Assembly (NCBI GenBank): GCA_965649765.1
Contig: OZ287754.1
Coordinates: 59,086,001 to 59,150,000, forward strand
Length of the DNA stretch: 64,000 bases
Direction of reading: 5' to 3'
Source of the DNA: Bispira polyomma
Lineage: Eukaryota
In this document: positions 59,801-64,000 of the stretch, piece after piece
How the letters are laid out: every line of letters starts with the position of its first letter
Numbering within the stretch: the stretch's first letter is position 1
The notes under the pieces: model-generated
Seen by the model: only the letters and a program-made list of their open reading frames with translations
What the model was told of the DNA's origin: nothing
Databases searched by the model: none
Translations under genes and position numbers: made by a program

Positions 59801-62612
59801 CGGAAGTAGTCTGTGGGGTGTGTTTTAGTGACACCAGCTATCTGTAACCTATATTGAAAAATTTACCTTCAGTTCCCGACAATACTTTTTGCTTGGGGTA
59901 AAAAAAAAATTCCCACATTGAAAACTGACAGTCCATCCAAGAGGGCTGGATCTAGGGCTTTCTCATTTGCTACCCTCTATATTTAAGTTAAATATATCTG
60001 ACCAGATTTGAAATTCTGTCGACAGAGATTTCAAATCAGACTTAGAATTTCAAATTGTGTCTAATTGGAACTTCTGTCACGACATATATATTTCAGATAT
60101 ACTGTAACTTAAAATGTAAATAATGTTTTAAGACAAAATTCAATCAAAATATACTCTTGCAAATTTTTCTATTTTTTAACTTCTACCAAACAAATGTGTT
60201 TGAAGAACGCCTGTGGTCTAGTGGTTGTTGGTTTGATGATCAGAAGGTCGATCGTTCTATTCCTGGTCCGACCGCTGGTTTCATTTGGTGGGATAACATC
60301 CTTGGGCAAGATCTGAACAACAAGTTTTCCTTGTGGCTCGGCTGACCACTTAAAATGGTGGTCCTCTGTCACTGAGTGCTATTTCGAGTGCCAAATTAAA
60401 GATCCTTGGGGACGTTGATAAATGGTCATCCTCGAGCAAACCTTGGGCGCCCATAGTGCCAGCTCTTTTAAAAAGACACTGTGTTCTGTAAGTGTGATAT
60501 AACAAATGTCCTATTTCATTTGAAGAAATAGCTGACTTCATAAACATGTTAATGTAACAGTTTAGGAGTGTTTATCGTAGTTAAAGAAGATGTAGCAAAG
60601 TCCCATTATGTGTGTTTTTAGAAAGAAGATTTGTACAACATTCCGAACCATTGAGCCATTGAAATAACAACACTCAGGCTGTTATTGCACTGACTTCTTT
60701 ACTCACACAGTTCAATCCATTTAAAGTAAAAACACCAGCTGTTTACACAACCAACCAAACCTTCAAACCAATCAAACCTTCTGAAGATGTTAAAAAAGCT
60801 TTTTTCACCCTGGTGCTCTGGATACACTTGAATATATTATGCCCCATTCATATAGTGGCGGTATGGTAGTCACTATCAGAAAGTGTTTGTAGCCTCTCTT
60901 GCTGCCTGTTATATCGGCTAATCCGTCTAGGGTAAAATATATCCCAGGAAAGTTGTCCAGATAATTTTTATACACGGGAACTGATGGAAACAGATGATTA
61001 CTGGGGATGGACTCGTTACAGTAGTGATACGGAAAACAGGCGCAAACAGATGAATACTAGGCCAGAATAGTGACAGTAGTACTATGGAAATATTCGGCAA
61101 TACAGACTCGGAAGCGGGCAGGAGGATTTTTTCACCTTTTTCTGACTTGGAAATGGGCGGAAGGATTTTTGCCGACTGTAGCAGGTTCGGGGAGGGTAGC
61201 TAAACTTAAGAGAAGGTATAGATAGGGTTTCTCCCGCTATTAGGTGATTTTTCTAACATCTTTTATCGGACAAAAGACTAATCTCTGGCCTATTTGTGTA
61301 TGTTTTACAGGAGTTTAACCTTTATAGTGAGGACATCGATAATCAGCACAGCTTGTTGTCGGATTTCTCTGTGATAATACAATGTTTATACAATTTAGCC
61401 TATGTTTCCAGGTAGCAGAATGCTGATCGATAATAGGCCAACAACTCCTACTCAACAGTCGATTTTAATGTTTTGATATAATTTATTTCACGCCACCCTT
61501 CTTTTTTTTTTTCTGCTTCTATTAACAATCTACCAGTATCAGCCATCGAAAAATACATCAAAATATTGTATATAAGTACTTAAAAACCTAAAACCTATCT
61601 CTTTAAACCTTACCTCCTTAGTTCCCTGCCTGTACACGAACCTGACTATGTATTTTTGGTCTTCACGTTGAGCTAATTGATTCTGTTCCTGGACTTTAGA
61701 AGTTACTTTGCATCAATAAGGCGCGTTAAAAATGCTATTACAATACAAGTAGTTGTAGAATCAGTGATGGCCGTTGGCGACCACCAGTTGGCTGCATGAT
61801 CTTGAATTTAGTTGCGCTTTACGTGGCTTTAAACAGTTTAGATGATATCACCACAGCCAGATTTAAAGGTGCAAGAAACTAGTGCTGAATTACAACCGTA
61901 ATCCAGCCACATACGGGAAGTACCTGGCAAACCTTTTCAACATGAAGGAACAAACAGTATTGGATGCACATATTCTGTGACCATCATCATCCGGATTTTT
62001 GTCCGGTGTGAATTGAAGCAAATAATATTTGTTTTTGGAAAATTAGACGGATCTGGATCCTGATACGCTGCAGTATGCATCAACCTTTAGGCAGCAATAC
62101 CGGGCAAACTTTCCCACTTGAAAGCAAATAGTGGTGGGAGCCAAACCCACACAGTAAAGGTCAGCGAAAAACTCTCTGTCCATTACTGACATTAAAGTAG
62201 ACAGAGTAAGGCCATGTAATGCCTCTAATGTTCAGTACTGGGGGCCATTATTCTCCAAAGAGGCTCAAGCTGAAAGCCAGACTCCAACTCCGGTGAAGGC
62301 TATATGTGGAAGTCCTTCTACATGGAATAAACCTGTACTTGTGACCATTCCTTTTAATAGAGCTTTCACTGCTGAATTCAAACATGTAAGTCATGTTTTA
62401 TTTAGGTTCACCCCAGCCAGAGATATAGGGACTTCATAGTTGAGCTTGAGATATTTCGAGAATATGTTCCCTGACGACCGACAAACCCTGTCTATTTACT
62501 TACCAACCATATACTGTAGACAGAACTGGTCTGCTAAGTGTTGTCCTGTTTTATCTGTACAGTAGATCTGACGCTGTCTGGTTCCTTGGCCACAAACATC
62601 TGTAGGGGAGCC
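5309..62612 (-). CDS. THSD7: Thrombospondin type-1 domain-containing protein 7 (THSD7A/B-like), 25 exons in window, 5' end outside window
   Basis: Many alternating TSP1 repeats (WSxWSxCSxxCG..R.R; W..G.W..C...CG.G.Q.R.V.C), two EGF-like units, one TM helix and a cytoplasmic tail. The 25 GT-AG exons join in one frame (4998 nt including stop), also across the 29-kb intron 25962-54993. Confidence 0.88.
8248..8398 (-). CDS. THSD7: THSD7-like exon, transmembrane helix
   Basis: SLFLYMMLGCLGGVILVAAAVLICIV; attcag| ... |gtaata. Confidence 0.88.
9398..9540 (-). mobile_element. tRNA-derived SINE
   Basis: A box agtggccgagtgg, B box gggttcgcctccc, tail ggctgttgaacgggacgtaacaccc. Confidence 0.65.
9586..9693 (-). 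CDS. THSD7: THSD7-like exon, EGF-like
   Basis: GDGISCLPEYGCHGNLHCIANHSYCDATNKECLCHD; |gtaagt. Confidence 0.85.
10285..10419 (-). CDS. THSD7: THSD7-like exon, EGF-like
   Basis: GDGEERVHGGCVESRKPARKLECNPKCGLYTNCLEGVCVCHAGFR. Confidence 0.82.
11011..11159 (-). CDS. THSD7: THSD7-like exon
   Basis: TVIVQSEGGSKCSDDWVQRRSCSDPQCPYFYWRQREWDSNGRRKVFCTY. Confidence 0.85.
11752..11887 (-). CDS. THSD7: THSD7-like exon (TSP1)
   Basis: AVCGLPCPGDCVMSLWSQYGPCFSDCRDSRNRGQQVRSR; donor AG|gtcagt fits phase 2. Confidence 0.82.
12247..12415 (-). CDS. THSD7: THSD7-like exon (TSP1)
   Basis: NTTCESVPCYEYQWVDHAWSVCSVNVLKQCGLGSMSRITNCVRSDG. Confidence 0.85.
13570..13746 (-). CDS. THSD7: THSD7-like exon (TSP1)
   Basis: VSEACEVPCPRDCVLSKFSSWSSCRKKCGVDSVKERRR. 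Confidence 0.88.
14802..14887 (-). CDS. THSD7: THSD7-like exon
   Basis: GYKVRSAQCLRHTDWLTVPLSFCTKAAIQ. Confidence 0.8.
15268..15483 (-). CDS. THSD7: THSD7-like exon (TSP1)
   Basis: GDCELSQWSSWSVCDCSQQNASKSRIRALL...LGNWTSCVPEDQCGL. Confidence 0.88.
   Translation of the reverse strand: MTVNSHNGPPGLCVTVVSRTRLSLVSGPSLQNHHQVTCRVDLSKTSRPVLVQDTLWYLETGHHVCLRTSVG
15450..16040 (-). repeat. ~70-bp tandem array of acceptor plus exon start
   Basis: gaccaggaggaccattgtgagagttcacagtcacctg(g/a)aatatagagagaacagtacagtct repeated, decaying away from the exon. Confidence 0.85.
16300..16453 (-). CDS. THSD7: THSD7-like exon
   Basis: WGDCIPHYNLRCGEGQRARDLYCPAG...CHVPCL. Confidence 0.85.
16425..16970 (-). repeat. 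~50-bp tandem array of acceptor plus exon start
   Basis: aggttgtagtgagggatgcaatcaccccactgagaaatagatag, about 9 copies. Confidence 0.85.
17242..17369 (-). CDS. THSD7: THSD7-like exon
   Basis: GISTRNREVSRQAVGGGRRCGLVSENRSCLEHQCENFMWVVAE. Confidence 0.83.
17814..18005 (-). CDS. THSD7: THSD7-like exon (TSP1)
   Basis: DCGPGIQKRHIFCHT...DCGLSAWTEWGPCSEPCGY. Confidence 0.87.
18675..18818 (-). CDS. THSD7: THSD7-like exon
   Basis: DSSLSLEDQCPSLSDSQLLDTRPCEDDPCPVYHWEIGPWTSCVTQSKT. Confidence 0.83.
19766..19936 (-). CDS. THSD7: THSD7-like exon (TSP1)
   Basis: CYKACEADCALSEWSEFSLCSVSCGVGVGVQTRYR. Confidence 0.88.
20434..20601 (-). CDS. THSD7: THSD7-like exon (TSP1)
   Basis: PCHTYTWTTGPWGSCDHGLDTCGHGISYRNVFC. 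Confidence 0.87.
   Translation of the reverse strand, partial: VKSSSPVPVTTPLPVTHTPGPLDLGAAVTTDWTLVDMGSATETSSVRAQIVAMLV
21137..21352 (-). CDS. THSD7: THSD7-like exon (TSP1)
   Basis: CQALCPRHCVLGSWQEWSDCGAPCGTSYKHRFREV. Confidence 0.88.
22212..22403 (-). CDS. THSD7: THSD7-like exon (TSP1)
   Basis: RVCNQKPCDLPVWQVTAWSPCRLV...CGEEQSGTRFRRRFC. Confidence 0.87.
23390..23633 (-). mobile_element. tRNA-headed SINE (representative of a family with ~9 copies in the window)
   Basis: Head ggggccgcggtggcctagtggttag (A box) and ttcgaatccc (B box); other copies at ~6880-7065, 7350-7545, 7960-8130, 22020-22180, 32555-32760, 33000-33180, 55170-55395, 61800-61960. Confidence 0.7.
23902..24010 (-). CDS. THSD7: THSD7-like exon (TSP1)
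   Basis: VPCSTECLLSDWSAWSTCTKPCGFPGGNQTRTRFV; the donor (T|gtacgg) was chosen by phase and is less certain. Confidence 0.8.
24694..24851 (-). CDS. THSD7: THSD7-like exon (TSP1)
   Basis: GKWSACFLEDYEIDCGTGIQIRNVYCVS. Confidence 0.86.
25336..25439 (-). CDS. THSD7: THSD7-like exon
   Basis: RRSILVEATGSGVECGERYETQPCEETPCSLWHI. Confidence 0.85.
25814..25961 (-). CDS. THSD7: THSD7-like exon (TSP1)
   Basis: RACEVSCGQDCELGQWQAWSVCSHSCGSQGRKIR. Confidence 0.87.
27837..28190. mobile_element. TIR element (PIF/Harbinger-like, TTA flanks)
   Basis: ggtccagacacacagaacc...ctgttctgtatgtctggacc; inverted copy at 63428-63690. Confidence 0.6.
29711..29717 (+). promoter_or_regulatory. Putative TATA box of nested gene
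   Basis: TATATAA(GGG) about 90 bp upstream of the ATG at 29802. Confidence 0.55.
29802..29849 (+). CDS. Nested gene exon 1 (signal peptide)
   Basis: MTGLFSVVFVSLLALQ|gtaagt. Confidence 0.75.
29802..53093 (+). CDS. Nested antisense gene: secreted low-complexity Thr/Glu/Ser-rich protein, 266 aa (exons 29802-29849, 31250-31427, 32914-32991, 33709-33870, 35047-35199, 38375-38485, 53023-53093)
   Basis: Seven GT-AG exons with good polypyrimidine tracts join in one frame (801 nt). Signal peptide MTGLFSVVFVSLLALQLSSA, upstream TATA, AATAAA at 53854 and 54017. Confidence 0.72.
31250..31427 (+). CDS. Nested gene exon 2
   Basis: LSSADLANDSKDEQVSQLLQLLLRNADSNDNNNQQQQPTTAPTAETTTTATSTQAAASS. Confidence 0.75.
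32914..32991 (+). CDS. Nested gene exon 3
   Basis: GAREVLRHLLDQELSLFDLVLSHKQS; ttatag|...|gtaagg. Confidence 0.7.
33709..33870 (+). CDS. Nested gene exon 4 with (KSGESS)n coding repeat
   Basis: VHEDEARELSIKGKSGRKSGESSKSGESSKSGKNSKSGESSKGGESSERSESTT|gttagt. Confidence 0.68.
33865..34480 (+). repeat. ~47-bp minisatellite built from nested-gene exon 4 donor
   Basis: gagtcactggtcagtatcaggggctaggtactggtcagtatataagg, about 12 copies; CACTG|gtcagt mirrors the real CACTG|gttagt. Confidence 0.8.
35047..35199 (+). CDS. Nested gene exon 5 with (EEITT)n repeat
   Basis: EEMTTEEMTTEVNITEEITTEGITTEVNITEEITTEEITAEVSTTASMTTR|gtatgt. Confidence 0.72.
35242..36119. mobile_element. Non-autonomous DNA transposon, Kolobok-like
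   Basis: TTAA on both flanks; TIR gggtttagtaacgtaaacaca / tgtgtttacgttactaaagcc (RR...YY termini). Confidence 0.7.
36848..36962. mobile_element. Near-perfect hairpin MITE
   Basis: ccaggggccgtattcacgaagggacttagccaggtcttaggcttaaatca...tgatttaagcctaagacctggctaagtccctttgtgaataaggcccctgg; related copy at 12068-12186. Confidence 0.8.
36981..37270. mobile_element. piggyBac-like MITE
   Basis: TTAA|ccctttcaacc ... ggttgaaaggg|TTAA; related copies at ~33213-33497, 59660-59900, 9090-9300. Confidence 0.7.
37430..37880 (+). mobile_element. L2-clade LINE 3' fragment
   Basis: KKLHWLP... and LWNGLPVELRSLDTLSGFREKLKTHLFKLAY (typical L2 ORF2 C-terminus); related tails at ~13200-13530, 20060-20390, 31510-31800(-), 32180-32360, 54771-54989(-), 61600-61740. 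Confidence 0.7.
38375..38485 (+). CDS. Nested gene exon 6
   Basis: GGNEKREEEQISELEVKSYQDSTDPTTGSPTTTTQGQ|gtatgt. Confidence 0.72.
39157..42945 (-). CDS. LINE ORF2p: APE endonuclease - reverse transcriptase - CCHC zinc knuckle, 1262 aa
   Basis: SMNVRG, LQDIH, GDWN, RLDYF, SDH (APE); KTPGSDG, WRPITL, DFEKAFD, QGDPLSP, YADD (RT); CYFC..ETIEHLFWYC; no stops. Confidence 0.96.
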   Translation of the reverse strand: MMMTKLKICSMNVRGITDKTKRNDLFNWLKQKHFSIYCLQDIHVGPGKELLLKQEWGGQVLTNVVASDSRGVAILFENKIDLKISDVYKDDNGNVLMVKIDIENTITFWLVVIYGPNRDSPEFYNNINTLLQDKTEVPVILCGDWNLVLNFEKDTLGYKKENNPKSRGKLQNIIDIYELVDTWRSVNPEAQCYTWTSAKKPLQMARLDYFLVSSDIHSKISKHIISFGYRSDHSFVGIEIDMQELTRGKGFWKFNVSLLYDPDYVKKVKNELKNIELDFCKTDGHNTCICSKQMLFEVIKLRIRGITIRYAAFKKKNNLQKEKDLEIKITALETKLAQRNYPDQNIQHEDMVCLEKYKEDLKVTRQPKLTALMMRSRAQISEYNEKPSNYFCNLEKRNYLNKLVSKLDNGNKILTDQGLILEEIKNYYNDLYDSKICPDTSPHLKIFLNKKNIQCLSNEEINHCEGLITELEIKRVLKDMKNGKTPGSDGFPSEFYKFFWTDLNKFVMDSINEAFEKNELSITQKQGIITLVPKPGKSRLSLKNWRPITLVNVDYKLISGVLALRMKKILPKIISKAQKGFLKNRYIGENIRTIYDIIHFLKLKQRTGLLLLIDFEKAFDSLEWAYIRKVLYAYKFGQNFIKWYNLLYNNSCSCVVNNGFFSEFFNLHRGCRQGDPLSPYLFILAIEPLSLEIKQNKSIKGVNVGNIISKIGHYADDTFLLLDKSESSLQEAIQTFQRFYLCSGLKINVDKTQCVCLGNNTAATTISWDYNLVWTEHFNLLGIKFDRNLNKMVEINFKDAITKIEKLLFQYKKYHLSLIGKVTVIKTLVLPKLVYPLTVLPAPSEDIFRNLQKIIKDFIWKDNVRISTSQLEKTVLQGGLKLPNIRVFHRALKLSWIKRLIESDGTWQHLFGHTIGSMTKKSYWELDTTSLNKNLDLTGNKFWYEVTKYWIEYKQNFETDLDYRCFPLWNTYFIQNKNLIYKQQYFQSKGLSYINDLMHKDGGFLGYNDFCTKFNTNINFVDFYSLMHSIPKEWKMCCITKLGQVKHKLLENVLKMPKVCNGVYWKIIGNIKVERSHISKWSAILNKTLDPESMSGFYNTNYRCTMETRMRDFQYKIIQRVLPTNRYLKLCKLKDTDNCYFCNSEVETIEHLFWYCSKINSFWYLIAERLKSAFDIQNILKSENILLGFTGHSNNRLINHVLNIVKRYIYVTKCKEEVLSVTAAINYIKFYYNIEKIIISRKGGSKEILEEKWKPLSTFLKH
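43876..45192 (-). CDS. LINE ORF1p (coiled coil - L1-type RRM - CTD) fused to C-terminal NADAR/YbiA domain
   Basis: Heptad coiled coil, EAYSRRNNLIFEGISE, AHR..RPRPILARF and ILQDY (L1/Tx1 ORF1), then LSNFY..F.VDG..Y.CSEQYYQ...AKFEQN..L...L..TG...LIE....D.FWG.G...GQNKLG..LM.VR..L (NADAR). The first ATG after the upstream in-frame stop is at 45168. Confidence 0.9.
   Translation of the reverse strand: MENFVKGNMAKAGEEMLHELSDFGEQDSPTSTSGKTDSELMLKEILHMVKANNSKLDILTKTVDKVVADVKKQGREIENLKESVSFTQTEINTLKKDLRDVKQKTVSDAKVTCLESVMKQQYKAMQEKLTNMEAYSRRNNLIFEGISETENENCFHKVIQLLQQDLKIENAGERIKLVNAHRTGMKGLHRPRPILARFHYYPDVVEVYKRRFALKNGQGFTKYFILQDYPDKMVRVRQQLNLVLKEARRVQMKAYMFKVKLCVNGRVLGLQDCYHLPGVDVHRIGMRHSADSVLFHGRFNPLSNFYPTNFTVDGISYSCSEQYYQYQHALFCGQTHIASNILFEEDPGEMKKLAARLEKEEWQQKFAVQAMTTCLRAKFEQNKQLLKFLKDTGERQLIECNKYDSFWGSGVSITDKNAHRGKGQNKLGQCLMQVRSEL
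46540..49803 (+). mobile_element. Decayed CR1-like LINE ORF2 (APE+RT), 5'-truncated
   Basis: ITLSETWL, GGGV, YRPP, GDLN, DHC (APE); KSYGPDG, YRPVSLL, FLDISKVFD, PQGSVLGP, LFADD (RT). Frameshift near 47235, in-frame TAA at 47749, A-rich 3' end. Confidence 0.88.
53023..53093 (+). CDS. Nested gene terminal coding exon
   Basis: tttatag|AG AGG CGT...ERRGQREILLDNLLSLLNELKKE*. Confidence 0.62.
54994..55148 (-). CDS. THSD7: THSD7-like exon (TSP1)
   Basis: YVWQTGDWGNCSM...VCGSGRQYREVSCV. Confidence 0.87.
56100..56610. repeat. ~20-bp minisatellite (ctgacacattctgactgaca)
   Basis: Direct tandem copies immediately intronic of the donor at 56625. Confidence 0.8.
56626..56878 (-). CDS. THSD7: THSD7-like exon (TSP1)
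   Basis: CTIPCACEVTSWSSWSSCSRTC...GYQSRSRRVV...CPYLAERRQC. Confidence 0.88.
56845..57240 (-). repeat. ~40-55-bp tandem array of acceptor plus exon start
   Basis: ctgagatttgggcttgggttgacctgttatatac, about 8 copies. Confidence 0.85.
60205..60520 (+). mobile_element. Second tRNA-headed SINE family
   Basis: gtggtctagtggtt head, ccttgggcaag core, tail aaatgtcctatttcatttga; partial copies at ~55750-55890 and 32400-32530. Confidence 0.55.
62504..62612 (-). CDS. THSD7: THSD7-like exon (TSP1)
   Basis: GSPTDVCGQGTRQRQIYCTDKTGQHLADQFCLQYMV; |gtaagt. Confidence 0.83.
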
Positions 62613-62900
62613 CTGTAATATGTACAACAAACATTAATAGGGTAGCCCTATAATATGTACAACAAACATAAATAGGGTAGCCCTAAAATATATACAACAA
62701 ACATCACTAGGGGAGCCTTGTAATATGTACAACAAACATCACTAGGGGAGCCTTGTAATATGTACAACAAACATCACTAGGGGAGCCCTGTAATATATAT
62801 ACAATAACATTACTAAGAGAGCCCTGTAAAGTGTACAAAAAACATCACTAGAATATCCCCAGAATATGTATAAAAACATCACTTGGGGAATCTGCAATAT
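62604..62900 (-). repeat. ~35-bp tandem array of acceptor plus exon start
   Basis: aggggagccctgtaatatgtacaacaaacatcact, about 8 copies. Confidence 0.85.
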
Positions 62901-64000
62901 GTACTATGCAAAATCAGTTTGTAGGATGTTTATGGGTTTTTAACATCAATCATTATTAGCCCATGTTATTACTAGTAAAAAATATAATTTCATTAAATCA
63001 CACACTTCACATTGAAAAAAAGAATGATACAATTGGTGTTGACCACCTGCTGGCAACGGTGGCTAAAACTTACTAATTTTAGAAGGGTTTGTAAAACTGG
63101 AGTCAGGTTTTATGACAGGAACAGCCAAGATTGCTAACTAGATCATCTGCTGGCATCAATGGTCTGCTTACTACTAATATCACACACAGTAGTACATCTC
63201 TGCTCTCAATTATCACTCATATGTTAACTATTTTTTTCTCTTATCTCTCCCCACAGATGGCCTCAAGCCAAAGAAAACTTGCTGAGCAAATAAATACTAA
63301 AGCCAACAGATGAATCTGTTACAATGAACTGCCTTTTATTGGTAAAAGTATACACTAGACTTAATGAACTGGTGTATTAGTTTATTCAAGTGCAGATACA
63401 ACTCATCAACTGCAGCTCAGGACTTTTAAGGTCCAGACATACAGAACCACATCCGGATCGGGATCATGATCCGTATGTTTTTGAACCAAATAAAGCAGTG
63501 GAATCAGACACACAGAAGACGGATCCGACCTGGATAAAATTTACACGGATTTCATTTCTAATTTTTGACTCATTATGTGTCCATGATTCGGCCGGATTTT
63601 CTGTCCTGTGTGAATTGAAGAAGAAAGGAAAATCCATTTTCAAATGATTAGACGGATCCGAATGCGGTTCTGTGTGTCGTCGGCCGACGTATGCAGATAC
63701 TTTTTTTATTCCAATACTTATGGTCCATTCACAATATACCGAATAAGGATATATGGATGGTTCATTGGTTCTTATAAATGAACGTGGGCATTCAAACCAG
63801 CAGTCGAGCTTTTTCCTTAAGCCTGTAATCCTCATCTCAGTGTGAATGCTGGCGGGGAGACTATTCCACTCAGCAAGTGCTGCAACTTTAGATGATTTTG
63901 AATCTACTAGTTTTTGGGGAGGTAAGAAGTCAAAGGTGGAGAGATGATTTTCCCTGGTGAGGTTGCTGAGACATAACATAGATGATAAGTAGGCTGGCTG

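Overview
AT-rich, intron-rich eukaryotic (invertebrate, probably lophotrochozoan/mollusc-like; inference) genomic DNA. I reconstructed three genes by hand from GT-AG sites and phase continuity. (1) The last four exons of a TIMP gene (+, 856-3870). (2) 25 exons of a convergent THSD7A/B-like type-I membrane protein (-, 62612 to 5309; about 1665 aa in the window, 5' end outside), whose long disordered tail ends in a paxillin-LD1-like motif. (3) A 7-exon gene (+, 29802-53093) that the ORF track largely misses; it is nested antisense in the 29-kb THSD7 intron and encodes a 266-aa Cys-free, Thr/Glu/Ser-rich secreted protein. Its last intron holds a full-length L1/Tx1-clade retrotransposon (-, 38783-45597, 11-bp TSD, intact 1262-aa ORF2) inserted into a MITE. 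ORF1 of this element is fused to a C-terminal NADAR/YbiA domain, a family that includes DNA ADP-ribosyl hydrolases; this is the best candidate for an undescribed system. A decayed CR1-like LINE, many SINEs, MITEs and L2 tails are also present. A second striking pattern is that at least 16 exon boundaries across the three genes are 'echoed' by tandem or near-tandem copies of the splice junction itself, extending into the adjacent intron. All calls are manual; no database searches were run.
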